A DNA stretch of 64,000 nucleotides from Chrysemys picta bellii (lineage: Eukaryota): positions 13,082,001-13,146,000 of the forward strand of contig NC_088798.1 in assembly GCF_011386835.1 (NCBI RefSeq), given 5' to 3'. Made by a program: the position numbers and the translations under genes. This document shows positions 23,901 through 38,900 of this stretch, one piece after another. Each line of letters opens with the position of its first letter. Positions within the stretch are counted from its first letter, which is position 1. The notes beneath the pieces were generated by a model. The model worked only from the letters and a program-made list of their open reading frames with translations. It made no database searches and was not told the origin of the DNA.

Positions 23901-26900
23901 ACTCAGCTGTGCGGTTGGGTTCAAAGTTATCCAGCCAAGTGATCTCATCTTCTAACATGGCAGCTGGGCTGACCTTCAACTGCTCCATTTCAGAAGCTAT
24001 GGAATAAACAGAGAAAATTGACGTTACAGACATGAAGAACTTAAACACTGACAGACAATCTCTTTCCAAAAATTTCACAGCTTTGATCAACAACAATGGA
24101 TATGGCACATTACATTTCATGTCAACAGCAGGCATTTAGTTATGCAGCTAATTAAAAAGCTCATGAAACTGCAGCTCACCATCAACTTACTGATGTTTAT
24201 TGTAAATTGGTCAAAAGAAATGTAGCGCATGAAAGGAAGGGGAAATGTACATATCTGTACAACTACAGGTATTACACAACCACGTGTAAAAAAAGGTGAA
24301 ATAAGAAGTCTAAGTCTTTAAGGTGAGCATTTTTAAATGTGCATGCCTAAAGTTAAACATGTAAATTCATAGTTAGGCACCTAAACTGAAGGCCACAGGT
24401 GCTCAGTACCTCTGAAAACCAGGCCACACAGGGAGGCAGCCAAGTCAAAAGCCAAGTGTCACTACATGACAAGATGGGGGAGGGATATAAGGGGCAATAG
24501 GCAAGAAGTAATTCTGTAGAAAGGGAGAGAATCTTAAATTGAAAAACAAACATTAAAATCTACAAACAAAAATAGAGTATTAAGCCAGGGTAGAGGCAAT
24601 AGGAGTTGAGAAGGGTGAACCATTTTCTAAAAAGCACAAATATAAAAGCTTGCGTTGCCCCCATTCCCTGACTTCTCAATGTCTTGTCTACTTAGACTGT
24701 AAGCTCTCAGGGGCATGGACTTGTCTTACATGTCTAAGTGCCTAGAACACTTCTGGTTGTTATATAAATGTCATATTAGAGTTCTCATTCCAACCTGGAA
24801 CACATACTTACAAGTGAGATCATCCAGTAACTGGCATCTCAGGTCAAAATACTCTGTACACTGGGATAAGAGCCTAAAACAAAGATGAGTAATTACAAAT
24901 GGGAAGAGGGTTTTTAAATAAGTCTAAACCTTAGAGCATTTGCTTAAACATGTACAATTCATCCACCCAATCATACCACTGTTATAGATCTACATATTTT
25001 ATACCTCCACATGCACACCACTGTAACTTCTAAGCCGATTTCTTCATAGCAGCCACTTTTTGAATTTTGGACTGACAATTCAATTCCCCCCTCCCCCACC
25101 TCACAAAACTACATATTAGATGATCACGTACAGTTGATAGAAAGAGGATAAGATGCTTCAGGTTCTTAAGTTATTCTTTTTCTACCATGGTGGACATAGA
25201 ATTTGTATTTCAAAATTAATGTTGAATTCAATTTCCCAACTAAAAAGCATTCTTCAGGAAAAAAAAAAAAAAAATCAATGGAATGGATATCTTCGGTCTA
25301 ATTAAAATGCAATGGGCAGGGATGGAATGTGTGATGTCAGTGTCACAATGGATGGGTCCAGACTTAACATTCAAAGAACCAAACATCTTTGTTTAGCATT
25401 CAGTCTGGACTCTCCTGAATAACATTTCTTGCCATTGAACCTTGGATGGCTGGAAGCACATAGTGGCACCTCCATGCACCTGGGGCAGCATCCAAGGTCT
25501 GAAGGTTACACCCAAAATACAAATGAATTGGACTCTAATGTTCACGGTCTACTGTAGACTGGAAACTTTAAAAAAAGTGACTGGTGCAGTATTAGTTGAC
25601 TGCTAAAGTTACACCTTCTTCAAAACTTCAAAGATTTTGAAAATCCTTAAGGCAAAAAGCCTTTTTCTAAAACTTGTGAATTTTCCTCTCTGAATAAGCA
25701 TGCATGTAACTTGCCTCTGGTTGATTCCTCTCATGATGCTGGTTGGTGACCAAAGAGGCAGCTGGGCAGTGAGAACGACACTTAAGAGAAACTGGTTTGG
25801 TTTTTGTACATCTGGGTGAGTTGATGTGTCTGTCTGACTAAGGGTATATAATTGGTCACAGGCAACGCGACGAATCTGAAACAAAAGCATTGTAAGTACT
25901 CTATATTTCATGTTCCCCAAGGTACACTTACTTTGATTAGAAATCTATAACAGAAATACAAGTTAGAATCGGAAAGCCATAATAGACTGTGGGACCCACC
26001 GAGTGTGGCTTTTTGTCCCCCTGTGGTGGCAACACCATGTCAAGTTGTCTATAAATTTGCTACTGCCTCTGAGCTAATGGCCCTGGTCCGTCAGCTTAAG
26101 CAGCAGAGACTTGTGCTTTTAGATCCATAAGTTTGTTTCAACCCTTGCAGATGATCCTTTCAGGGGAGTCATTACAAAGCATACCATCCCATATGTAATT
26201 CTTTCACATCTCAAGTTAAGCAGCACTGGATATGAATCAATAATAGAATGAGAGATGTCTAAAGAGCCAGCGAGTGCTGTAGAAGCAATGTTGGCAATTT
26301 GATAGATGGCATTCTCCCCCCGCCCCCCCCCAGTCAGAACTGAGCCAATGATCTAACACAGCATGTGAAGATAGACGAGATGCTTTCTTTTGGCTAAGAT
26401 GTTAAAGCAAGATCCTAAACACTTGTTGTCTTTAAGCCCTGTGGCACTATTCATAGATAAGGACGCTGGTCAAATTCCAACTGGAGTAACTTGACCTACT
26501 AAACTCCCCATAGAGTTTAATTGTTCTGTTAAAGAATAATAGAATACCATTTATTTAAATATTTTTGGATGTTTTCTACATTTTCAAATATATGGATTTC
26601 AATTTACAACACAGAATGTAAAGTGTACATTGCACACTTTCTATTTATTACAAATATTTGAACTGAAAAAAAACCAAAATAGTATTTTTCAATTCACCTC
26701 ATACAAGTACTGTTGTGCAATCTCTATCACAAAAGTTGAACTTACAAATGTAGAATTGTGTACAAAAATAACTGCATTCATAAATAAAACAATGTAAAAC
26801 TTTAAAGCCTGCAATTCCACTCAGTCCTACTTCTTGTTCAGCCAATCGCTCAGACAAACAAGTTTGTTTATATTTGCAGGAAATAATGCTGCCCGGTTCT

Positions 26901-29900
26901 TTTTTACAATGTTACCTGAAAGTGAGAACAGGCATTCGCATAGCACTGTTTTAGCTGGCATCGCAAGGTATTTATGTGCCAGATGCGGTAAAGATTCATA
27001 TGTCCCTTCATGCTTCACCCACCATTCCAGAGGACATGCTTCCATGCTGATGACGGGTTCTGCTCGATAATGATCCAAAGCAGTGTGGACTGAGACACGT
27101 TCATTTTCATCATCTGAGTCAGATGCCACTAGCAGAAGATTGATTTTCTTTTTTGGTGGTTCGGGTTCTGGAGTTTCCGCATCGGACTGTTGCTGTTTTA
27201 AGACTTCTGAAAACATGCTCCACTCCTTGTTCCTCTCAGATTTTGGAAGGCACTTCAGATCCTTAAACCTTGGGTTGAGTGCTGTAGCTACTTTTAGAAA
27301 TCTCACATTGGTACCTTCTTTGCGTTTTGTCAAATCTGCAGTGAACGTGTTCTTAAAATGAACATGTGCTGGGTCATCATCCGAGACTGCCATAACATGA
27401 AATAGATGGCAGAATGCAGGTAAAACAGAGCAGGAGACATACAATTCTCCCCCAAGGAGTTCAGTCACAAATTTAATTAATGGATTTGTTAACGAGCGTC
27501 ATCGGCATGGAAGTATGTCCTCTGGAATGGTGGCCAAAGTGTGATGGGACACACGAATGTTTAGTATCCCTGGCACGTAAATACCTAGCAATGCTGGCTA
27601 CAAAAGTGTCATGCAAATGCCTGTTCTCATTTTCAGGTGACATTGTAAATAAGAAGTGGGTAACATTATCTCTCGTAAATGTAAGCAAACTTGTTTGTCT
27701 TAGCCATTGGCTGAACAAGAAGTAGGACTGAGTGGACTTGTAGGCTCTAAAGTTTTACATTGTTTTGTTTTTGAGTGCAGTTATGTAACCAAAAAATTGA
27801 AAATCAAATATTTGAAAATGTAAAAAACATCCAAAATATCTAATAAATTTCAACTGGTATTCTATTGTTTAACAGTGTGATCAAAACTGCGATTAATTTT
27901 TTTAAATCGCAATTTATTTTTTTGAGTTAATCACATGTGAGTTAATTGCAAGTAATCGACAGTCCTAGTATCAATACAACATTAGGATTGCAAAGTCAAG
28001 CATCTAAATGCCAAGAAACCCCAAATGTTTATAGTTGCTCCTGAAGTGTTCACTTGCCCAGGGTGGACATGCTATATATTTTGTAACGTATTAATAAAAA
28101 CTAACAAGAAGTGTAAACAAACTACCAATCATAAAATATACAGCATGTGGTATGTCACCAAATTAGTGACTCTCAGAATATCCAAACTTTTGAGGGCTTG
28201 CTCTCAATCACACAGAAAAACTAATGCTAGGAGGCTTTTGCACTTAGCTGTATGTTTCAGAGGTTTGGGTGAGCACCTAAGAATTCATATGCTTCTCCAA
28301 ACCTCTTTGAATCATAGAATACCAGGGCTGGAAGGGACCTCAGGAGGTCATCTAGTCCTTCGGCTGGAAAGATAAAAGGAACAGCCCTTTGTGAGATTCT
28401 CAGTCCTGACTGGGAGAGTGATAGCATTAGCCTTCAGACCTCCCCAAAACTGGGTTATTCAAACTAGTCAGCATAGTCTTACTTTCAACTAACATTGGTG
28501 TGACACAGTGTCAGTAGACTTAGCCCGAGCACTTGGTAAACATCCCCACATGGGGAAAATTAGGAAGATAACTGGTTAATTACTGAACAATTAGCCAATT
28601 AACAAGGTGGCTCAGCTCATCAGCTGAGGACATCTAGGAGAGAGACAAGAAGAGTAGCGGGAAGGAAGAGCTAGAGAAGCCCAAGTTCTCAGGGAGGTGA
28701 GATCTCTCCCATCTCACCCTGTGCCTAGGGAAAATGTAAGAACTTTGAGCTGTAGGGAACTTGTTCAGTTTTATTCACACAGTAAATAAAGCACTTGGTG
28801 TTGAACTTGCCACAAATCCCCTGTGAAGACTGTTTGCAGAGAAGAATCCAGGGTAAGGGAACACTGCCCTGTGACAACTAGTCATAGATGAAGCAAACAA
28901 ATCAAGATTATACTCTCACAGTATGACATAATACTATAAAAAAAGGTATAATTTTTAACTGAGACAGGGATTAATACTGCAATCAGTGATGTCTGATTGA
29001 GTAATATACAGAACATATTAATCAGATACCAAAAGTGCTGAAATGAATATTTTTGTCTGAGCCCAGTAATGTAAACAAGATGTTATATTTCAGTGGGACC
29101 CTCAGTGAATGACTTAGAAATCTTAATTACAGCCACTCACGTCAGGACTTGGTGATCCAAGTAGAATGTCAATGATGAAGTCAGCAACACAAGGCAAGCT
29201 GTAGAAAGATCCTAAAAATGAAACAATCCCAGTCAGTGTTTTTTTGCCAACGAAACTTGTTAAAAATATAAACTGATAAATAAATAATTAATAAAGTATC
29301 ACTAGAACAAAAATGCATCTCACCAATACCAAGGATGAGAGATATGTGGGTATGGAAAAAATCTTCTTACACCTTGATTTCTCCCCTTCCATAGATTGTG
29401 GATTTTTAATATAAATATGACAATTCCCCTTTTCTCCCCAGTAAAGGTTTCAGACCCTCTGTATGTGAAGGCACAAGTGCTAGTGAAGTGATTTACTAGC
29501 CCTGTGGTTGAATTTATAGCTAGACAAACAGTAACATCAGCAGAAGCGATTACTTCAAAGCAAAGCTGTAACCATTTTGATGCTAACATTAAGTAAACTT
29601 GCCCAAAACACACAGTTCATTAAAGCCATGATTCAGCAAGGTACCTGTGCACATAAGCAGTTCCACTAATACAAGTATCTTGCTGACTCAAAGCCTAGGA
29701 TACATAACCCCTGCACCCCTGTAAACTATGTTTCTTGCACTGCTGCAGTTTATTTCAGAAATGAATCCTGCGGGAGATTTCAGTGTAAAAAACGTTAACC
29801 TGCAATAAAAAATTAACAAAGAAAATAATAGCCAATAAGTAATGCAGCACGTCTACACCAGCAAAACACTTGTGGTAATTGATTAATAAAGTATATGATC

Positions 29901-32900
29901 CCAAACATTTCAGTTTCATTTGCTCTCATCATAGATGCCCCTCAAAGAAATACTGAAAGAATATTGTTTATCATCCCCAAAACACTAGTTCTATAGTGAA
30001 GTTACATAATGTAATTAAGTTGTATCTGCAAATTGAGATGCTTCAATAAGAGCAAAATTCAGTGAGGAGGAAAGCACAAAATGTATAAATTCATCTTCAA
30101 AACCTAATTACATTATACTGAAATTAAATTATACTGAATTAATAAGAGTCTACTCCATACCCAACTGCTGACTGCGTAACTGTAGGCACGTAACAAGTAG
30201 AGACAAGGCCTCTCCAGCAATCAGAGCATCTTTGGTGGACACAGACTGCTGTCTCACACAGATTCCGGCGTGGAGTGCTGTTGGCTCTCCTTCACTTCCT
30301 GAGCTACAATTGCTTCCTGCATTAGATTAGAAACGACAAATGTAATAATCAGTTGTGGTTTTTAAAGCTTTTCTGATCAACATTTCTCTTCTAAAAAGTA
30401 CTTTAAAAAAGTACTTGTAAGAATACAGCAAGTACAGTAGATTTAAGTAGCAATTTAGAAGGAGTTCATCTTCTAAGAACTCTAGAAGTCTTACTCTCAA
30501 CTTACTCCAGTTGTGTATTTTGTTTAGACTAAATGATGCAGTCTCAACTATGAGTGACATACCTGAGCTGCTAAGTCTGTTTCGAATCCCAGCAGGAAAT
30601 AAAGTGTTACTTTCTTTTATTGGTTGACTGCTCCCCACTAGGTCAAGTCGTCCTGCAGCAGCAGCCCAAGAAAGTCGCATGAAGCAAGCCACCGTAGACG
30701 TGAAATCATTTATCTCCATTGTCTGAAGGAACAGGAAAAAGTGGTTACTTTTGCCACACCCAATAGTCTCCTTTACCACGAGGAAAGGAGGAACCACAAG
30801 GTCTTTCCATTCAGTTTTGGTCCTTGCTCGTGATCGGTGCCATGACACATGGACGTTTTGCTTATATGAAACAGTGGTTAATATGGCTTATTGAAAGCCA
30901 GCCAGCACTGTCTTTGAAACAGAAAGAAGCGTCACTACAGAAAGACTCCCCTCCTTCCATCTGGAGCTAAACATGCTAACTTCATCCTGGTAGGAAAGCA
31001 CCAACTGAATCTTAAATTGAGGTCCTATACAGGTTAGCACATTGTGCTAGCTATAGATCACAGCCCATGCAATTTCTTTCAATCTGACAATAGGAAAATG
31101 GGTCAAGTTATTCCTTTTATAGCAGTGTGTTTTAGTACGTGGCCTCTCCCAACAGATTAATCACTAGGAAATTCTGAATCTTTCAGAGACACGTTGTAGT
31201 TAAAAATAAAAGTCAGGGTGAGATTTGGGGGAGGGGGGAAAGGACCTGGATTGTCTCCTAAGCTTTGAGATGAGACCTGTGCATGGAGAACCAGTTTCAC
31301 AGCACTACTTATGTTAAACTCCAGAAACTAAGAGCAAGTTTCACCTTTCACTCTACAGCACACTGCTATATCTTCAAGACTGTCAAACCTTCACTTACTT
31401 GTATTGCAACCCGTGCTGCAGGTATGATCTCTTCAACCCTAATGGAGGACCTGTCAGAAACTGACAACTGTCGGTAGGATGACTTCTCAGGTGTTCCACA
31501 AATGGACATCTGCCTGCTAGCCTGCCGGCTCACATTACGGAATGGGCGTGAGGACAGCGCTTCTACCCCATCTTTGAGGATATCTTCATCTAGTAAGGAA
31601 GGAAGTGTTTGGCCAACAAGTAAGAACCTAAACACACAAAGAAAAGAGTCAGGTTTATTTTTGAATATTGGGTGATCAGAGTCTTAGTATAGAACTCGAA
31701 TCACTGTTACATATCGAGATAACAGGCCAACTGCTAAAAAAAATGCAAGTAGCATTACTAGTGGCCTTATATACAAGGAAAGGCAATCTCATACCTTGCA
31801 AGTTGCAGACAGATGGAATAGACTCCCTGTCTTGTTTCATAGTCCACTTCTGATGGGATGGAGTCTCTCTGCATCACATTCACCACCAAACTTAAAAATA
31901 AAAGAGAGACTATTTTATAAGATGGTGTAAAAAAGGAGACTGTTGGTAACGAGTTTCGGGTATTTCCCCCCACCACCCTCTCAGCGACTTAGTGCTGACA
32001 GAAGTACCTGACTGATATCTCTTGAGACCGAGATCCCTATTTTCCCCCCATTACAAAGGGCTTTGAGAGCTATAGGGGAAAACTACTGTAAGAGCAAAGT
32101 AGTATCACTTGATAAGTACAGCACAGGCAGCAGCTCTGCAAGTTTTTCCAAAGTGCCCACTGTGCCTCCACTCTCACCAGGAGGGACCAATTTTATGGAT
32201 AAGAATGGAAAGATCAATTGCACTGACCAATTCTTGGTCCATTCTAACACTGCTAAAAATGCCAACTAGTGTCAGCTGGGGAGGTTGTGTAATACGCACA
32301 TCTGTATTCTTGAATTGAAGTGAGACCACTTATTTAGCACCCAAATACTGACTACAGCAATAGAAAAAAGAATGCGAATGAATTAGCTTTGATTCAGACT
32401 TTAAGGCTATGTACATTACACACTACACACTATAGATACAGAGGGGCTGTTCAGACATTACTAGTGAAAGTAAATAAATCTACAGGTAGTTCCTTATTCA
32501 CAGGACCCAATCCATTTTAGTTTTCATACTGCTAGATGATAAAAACTGAACACCTATGCAAGTATGCTATACTATAAGCAGCGTGTTAGAGCCTGTTACA
32601 GAAACTATACAGTTATCACTGATAAGAAAGTTAGTGTTATGGAAAAAAATAAATGTCTAAGGCCTAACCTCAAGCCTCCTGCTCTCAGAAAGTTTTCACA
32701 GAAAGATTTGGCACAATTTCTTGCCATTTCATCATCTGCCGTTGGCATCAGCTTGGAGCTCAGTACCTGAAATGCATGCAAGTGTAAGTGTTTCGTAACT
32801 AGTATACACAAAAACTATAGCACCTCTGAAGTGGCATCCAATATCCTAGGCAGTCTCACCCTAAGACTGAGCATTTCCCGCTCTCAGTAATTCAAAGATA

Positions 32901-35900
32901 CAGCCTTGCAACGATCTGACCCATAAAGAGCCAAACAATATTTTAAAACATTGCCTTCTGTTTTTATTCTCTGACAAGTGACTGATATAATCATAAATGG
33001 CTCACATAGTAAGAAGGGAAGAGTCTGGACTCGCATGTGAACTATTTCTTCAGGCTTAAGAGGAGCTCTGGAGGGTTACAATTCTAACACAGTTAAGATG
33101 TTGTTATTCCATGGAAATAACTATTGAATAAGAGCTCTGAGGGATGAGGTTTTGATTTTACATTTCTACTTTTATTTTGAGGTGTGAAAAAAATTAAGAG
33201 GATCCAAGAAATTTTATGGCTTTTAAGAATGTCATCTTTATTATACTGCTCCTCTCATTTGCAAGAAGGTACCCTTCTCAGCAGTGAGTGTCAAAGTGCA
33301 ATGATGGTCAGAAAAGTGACCACAATGGACCCGTGTTTAATAGCTTTAGCAGACTAACAAATATGAGGGATTAAAAATAATTCTGGCTTGTTAAGAGAAA
33401 ATATTTTCCATTATACTTGTCTGAACTTCAGGAACAAATCCGCTAATATAATCCATGTAATTATCGGACCGAAGGAATATTTAGTTAGGTTTGCTTCTTC
33501 ATTAGCCTCACTGCTGGGAAATAAGCATTTTGTTACTCTACTTTGCTCTGAAGTGAAAAAATCATTTTGGGATACTAGTCCCACTGCAAAACAGAATCCT
33601 CTCACCAGGAGGGCATCTGTATTGTGACACTGCAGACTGCTCTCTCAATTTGGGAGTTGCAAACAGGTTTTGGGGGGGTTACGACCACTCTACCTTTCTT
33701 CGTGGCTCATTGGAAGAGGAGGGGCCTGAAACTTTTTATTAGAACATGGGATGTGCTATGCAAAAGGTGGAGAACTGCAGTACTGGTAACAGATATATGA
33801 AGGTAAATGGCTATTACAAAAACTCCTACGGAAGGCTTTGCAGACATCAGGGATGAGAGATGAGCATATGCCTCTGTCCGTTGCATCCGGGAAGGGTTTG
33901 GAGTGAGGGGGATTCTTATGCCCCAAATATACTAGGAAATTAACCTGCTGCTGACAACAGTGGCTGGCAATAGGACCCCAAACCTGTACATGTTAATCTA
34001 GATGGGTCTGTAATGGAATTGTAGAGTCATCTATGATAGCATTTGACTCATTGTTCTGAACATGTGGAAAGAAAGATAAGATATACAAAGGATGTGGATT
34101 AATTAGGCCGCAAGTTTAACTTAACTGCTCTGGGAATTATCCAACAATAGTTCATACTGTGCATGCAGGTCATGATTCATCCCTAGTCATCTGAACTTGG
34201 TGGAGGGCTGCTGTCAGGACCCCACCCCTCCAGCTGGTCCCCAGCCTGTTCCTGGGAACTCTCTGCCCTCCCGTTTTACAAAGGTGAAGGGCTGGAGAAA
34301 GGAGGTGGTCTTCTCACTGTATCAGACATTAGGATTCCCATCCCATACCTCAACTTTAGAGGATGCTTTCCCCTTAGTTCACTTCCAATTCCAGTTTATC
34401 AGGGAACTGGACTTGTGTGGAACAAGTACATGCACTGGACATTAGCCACAAAGAGCTAACAGCAGTTCGCTTAGCTGCCTTCCCCTTTACTTCCACCTGG
34501 GTTCCCAGATTGTTAACAATTTCTTACCTAAATCTGCTAAAATATATCCACTCCCTTGTTGGAGAGGCCTACCCCATTGCCCTGAATAACTCCCATACCA
34601 AATAAGATTTTTGGGGGATGATTAACGTCCTTCCCTGTTTCAGATGTTCAAACATCTTCTGGTCTTGTCAGCCCACAAAGGCCTGGCAACTCCCCACCAA
34701 ACTTTCCTCACTGAAGAATTTCAGACAAGTTAACGGTCATCCCCAGAAAGAGGTCCTGGGTCTGCCCTACATCTCAGTGCCCTGATTAAATCAACCCTAG
34801 AGCTGCACATCTTTTCCCCTCAGCGTAACTATTTGCAAATTTGACACACATTCACCAATAGTTTCAGTCAAAAACTGATGACATTGGTGGTGTCTCCCTT
34901 CACGTTTTAGCTCAGTAGTTAGGGCTTTCTCCTGGGACGTGGGAGACTGGGTTCACTGGAGCAGGGATTTGAAGTTGGGTCATTTTCACTCCCACTTTGT
35001 GTAAATAGAGAGACAAGGTGATGGAGGTTATATTTTTTATTGGACCAACTTCTCACCCACCTTGTCTCTAATATCCTGGGACCAACACAGCTACAACAAC
35101 ACTGCATCCAACATTTGTATAAATAGTCATTAGAACAGAGACACAAACAGCTTCAACAGGAGAGACTGAGAAAGTGAGTGTAATATATTCAGCCCTTTTC
35201 CTGCAGTTGAACTTGTATCCATTAGAGTAATATCCCTGTCTATTTGGAGATTCAGAAGTACAGTACACCACACTAATTGCATATCCTAAAAAGGCCCCTC
35301 TGGGGCCCTATAGTGGGCCTCGGCATATTTCTTCTTAAAAAGCAGTTAATGTTTTGCTTTGTCAGCCCCCTTCACATCTTCAGTGACATCTGACGGTGGC
35401 TCATTTTAAAGGAGAGCTTATTTTGTAATCCAAACAATCCAAATTACATTTGGCTTGATTTTCAGAGATGTTGAGCACCCCTGGCTCCCATTCATTTTTA
35501 ATAGAGATGCATGCGTTTAGAACCTCTGCAGATCCAGGCAAAGATTTAAACCAATAGCTAAGGTCTTCTATGATGGCAGAGAGAAACATACAGATAAATT
35601 ACAAAATTGTCTGTACTGCTTACTACCACATTTAAGAGCCATCTTACAATTACAATGATGAGAGGGGCCTGGGTTCGTATTGAAATCTTAAGGAGAAGCT
35701 TCATATTTCATGCTCCAAATCACTTGTTTTGTGTAACAGATTAATCATAGTTCAGCTGATGATATTTCTAGCAGTTGACAATATTTTTTGCAGGACTTCA
35801 CAAACTGTATCCATTGCTTTAATTGCAATGTTAGAAAACTGAGGAGCATGTTGACAAAAGGGTTTCTTACCTCTAAATTGTAGAGCACTCTAAAGGTGGA

Positions 35901-38900
35901 CATGCCAGGAGCAAAAGATCTAAAGAGACTTTCCAATATCGAACTAGCACTGGGCTGGTGTTGATGCTTTGAAGACAAGGATGGTGATTTTGAAGACTGA
36001 GAACTTGATTCTGACAGCAGTGTTTTCTAAGAGGAAAAAGCACAGATCTAAAACTGCACTTTTAGAATATCACTTAAGGAGAAGTAAGCCTTGGAACTGC
36101 ATCTTGTATAGTCCCAGTAACAACTCCCCTCCACCCTCCCAGCCACCTAGAAACAAAGCATTAAAAACCTTGAGACAATATTATTCTGCCTTATCACTAA
36201 AAAGTTTTACATAACTTGAAAACTTCACAAATGAACACCCAACACAGTATTACAAAAACCCAATGTTAAATGCCTCTTTTTAGCCCTGCAGAGACAAGAA
36301 TTTAATATGGGTTTAATCCATACCTTTCTTCCTAGGGAATCTAGCTGATCAAGTGCTTCCTGAATAGCTGGGTCAGTAGGAATCAACAGCAGAAGCTTCC
36401 GTACACGTAAAGTTATCCTGGAAAGTTCAAAGCAATTATTCCACACAAGATAGGATTCACTCAGCTTCATATTGGACAAGAGTCCACATACATTGGTAAT
36501 TTTTTTTAATTATGTCGTTATTTGGACTTTCAGTCACAGTATTTCTCCAATGTTTAATAACTATTTAGCTTGTTTACCTTGGCTCCTCTAGGTTAGCAAG
36601 CTGGTAAAGCATGTCAAAAACATTACACACGAGAGCCATCACTACTCCAGGGAGGGATTTCTCCTGAGGATTAAACAGACACAATTACAAAGGTTTTTTT
36701 TCCCCCTTTAAGCTATTTTGTGGGATTCTCTGTTGAAGCAAATGACCCAGAGATGTCTCAAGCTACTGTTTAGCCCAAGACACAATTTGAATTGCAATAA
36801 CCCCCCCTTTATGTATCTCTTATATCTGCATGTCACTGTGCAGCGTTACATCTACATCAGACAAAAGATGCTCTCTAGGCCAACTATTAATTGTGAATTA
36901 GAAAGCAATGGCAGAGTGGTACAGTTAGCTTGACTCACTCCCAAATTTTTAAATTTAACACACTTGAGCTTCACTGGTTAAAAAAAAAAAAAAAAAAATC
37001 TCACTTGGTATTACAATTAATTGCCCACAAATCACCAGATGATCTTAAAGTCAAATGCAAATCTTAATTTTTTAAAATTAAAGTTTAACAGAAGACACTG
37101 CAGAGGTGATCAATACATAGCAAACAGTGTACTATCAGCTGTTTATAGCTGAATGTAGCTTTTAAATCCATTTCATTTGAGTTGGATTACAAAAGGTGAT
37201 GCTTTTTTAATTACTTGTTTGAAATCAAAGCCACCATTAAAAAAAAGTTTTGCTACAGTCTCAGTGGTTTTTCTTTTTTTAAATGTGTGTATTTAATGCT
37301 CAGAATTAATAGTTACTTAAGTCCTGGTCTCAGAAAAGCATGATGCACCCACATAGTATATAGCCACTGCACAAGCTTTTCCATATAGCTCTGCCAAAGG
37401 ATTTCACAGACTGAAAATGCCCCAATTATTTCATTCACTGGGTCTGTCAAAACATAAGCCACCCTGACCTGTAGTCCTGTAATACCTCCTGTATTCCAAT
37501 CCTAAATCACCTGAGATGAGTCTTGCATTGGGTGTTGAATTTGTAATACAAACAAATGCAAACCAAACTCACTCATTTTTAATTCTGATATTTAGCAGAA
37601 TTTGAAACCAAATCTGGAAGTGAAGGACTACAGCATTATCTTACACTGCCACTTAACCCCAATTGTGACGTGCTTGTGAAAGGGTGCACTGTAAAAGCAG
37701 ATTTCAGACTACTATACTGTACCTGTTCCATCACATAAGATGAACTAAAGACACCACTACTGTTGCTGGAGCTGGTTGAGGAATCGACAGAGCTCCCCGA
37801 GGGGGTTCCACTTCCTGATGTTTTTACTGTAAGTACATGTTCTTCAGAGAAACCCAGTTGGTGGAGTAGCTTCTGATCTTTATTTACCGTTAGCTGCAAC
37901 AAAGTATTTAACGCTTAGTTCTGGTGAAAGGAAAGATTCAAACTTACAAGATAAAAGGTAACTAATTCACATACCAGATTTTCATTTGCAAATATCTGTA
38001 TATTATCCACAGGAGAATTCAGCAGCTTTGCTATTTTCCACCTGACGCTTCCTACAGTTTCATTGCTATGAGCCTGTAAAATAAAATGAGATCGTTTGAA
38101 GGAAGCTGTTAAAAAAAAAATATCAGGCCCTACTGTTTAAAGTGTTCTGTTAACATTAAGGGTTTTTCAGCTCCTCTATGAATATTAATAAAGGTCTTTT
38201 CAGCCAGGGAGACTAACTATACAGGGGAAGAGTGAAAGAGACTATACCAAGTGCTGCAAGAAAATATTTTCTTTCCACAAGCCTTTCCGTTATTCTAATT
38301 TTAGGTGCGTACACAAAGCTTTTAGAAAAATGTGGTTTTCAAGCTAGCTGTGCCCATTACACTTCTCTAGCGTGTGCTTCAAGTCATCCATGCAACATGA
38401 CGCGGTTAGTGAATACTATGTTTTCACAAATAAATAAGGTCAATATGGCATGACATGTGTAACTTGGGTAAACATACCTCTACAGTGAAGGTATCTTTGG
38501 TAGACTCGTATGTAACATTAAGTGTTAAAAGATGACCGTGGAAAGAAGCACCATGAGGTAGGATAGTTCGAGGAACAGAGTAAAGGTCCTACAGAAAGAA
38601 AAAGAAAAAGAAAAAAAAAATTCCATGTAAACAATTCTGGAAGAACAAAAACATTTTCACAGTATTAGCAGTAACTGATTCTCCGGTACATGGGCCTGAA
38701 CAACTCATGGTATTGTTAAAAATATTGAGTTGGCATCTAAATTTTTGTCTAGTTACGAGAAAGGACATGAATGTTAAGTAACAAGAAAATCTCTTACCTC
38801 TATAGTTATCACATAGCGTTCTGCCAGAAGTAGCAGTCTCTCAATTATGACAAGTTTAGTTGACCTAAAGATTGTATACAAAATTTTAAAAAGTATAAGG

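Noticed and set aside
25255-25274. Long A runs (also 18261-18274 and about 36980-36998) as retrocopy tails
   Set aside because: There is no upstream SINE, LINE or processed-gene body and no TSD; they are simple homopolymers.
26827-27468. 213-aa hAT ORF as a domesticated ZBED-like gene
   Set aside because: It has no BED finger or N-terminal catalytic region, is embedded in an inverted repeat structure, and shows no exon context.
28499-28876. Possible solo LTR (TG...CA, AATAAA at about 28785)
   Set aside because: There is no TSD and no family recognition; the evidence is too weak to list.
30723-30848. ORF extension upstream of exon 30 as an extra exon
   Set aside because: A strong polypyrimidine/CAG acceptor sits at 30723, and the USP24 protein is continuous without the extension.
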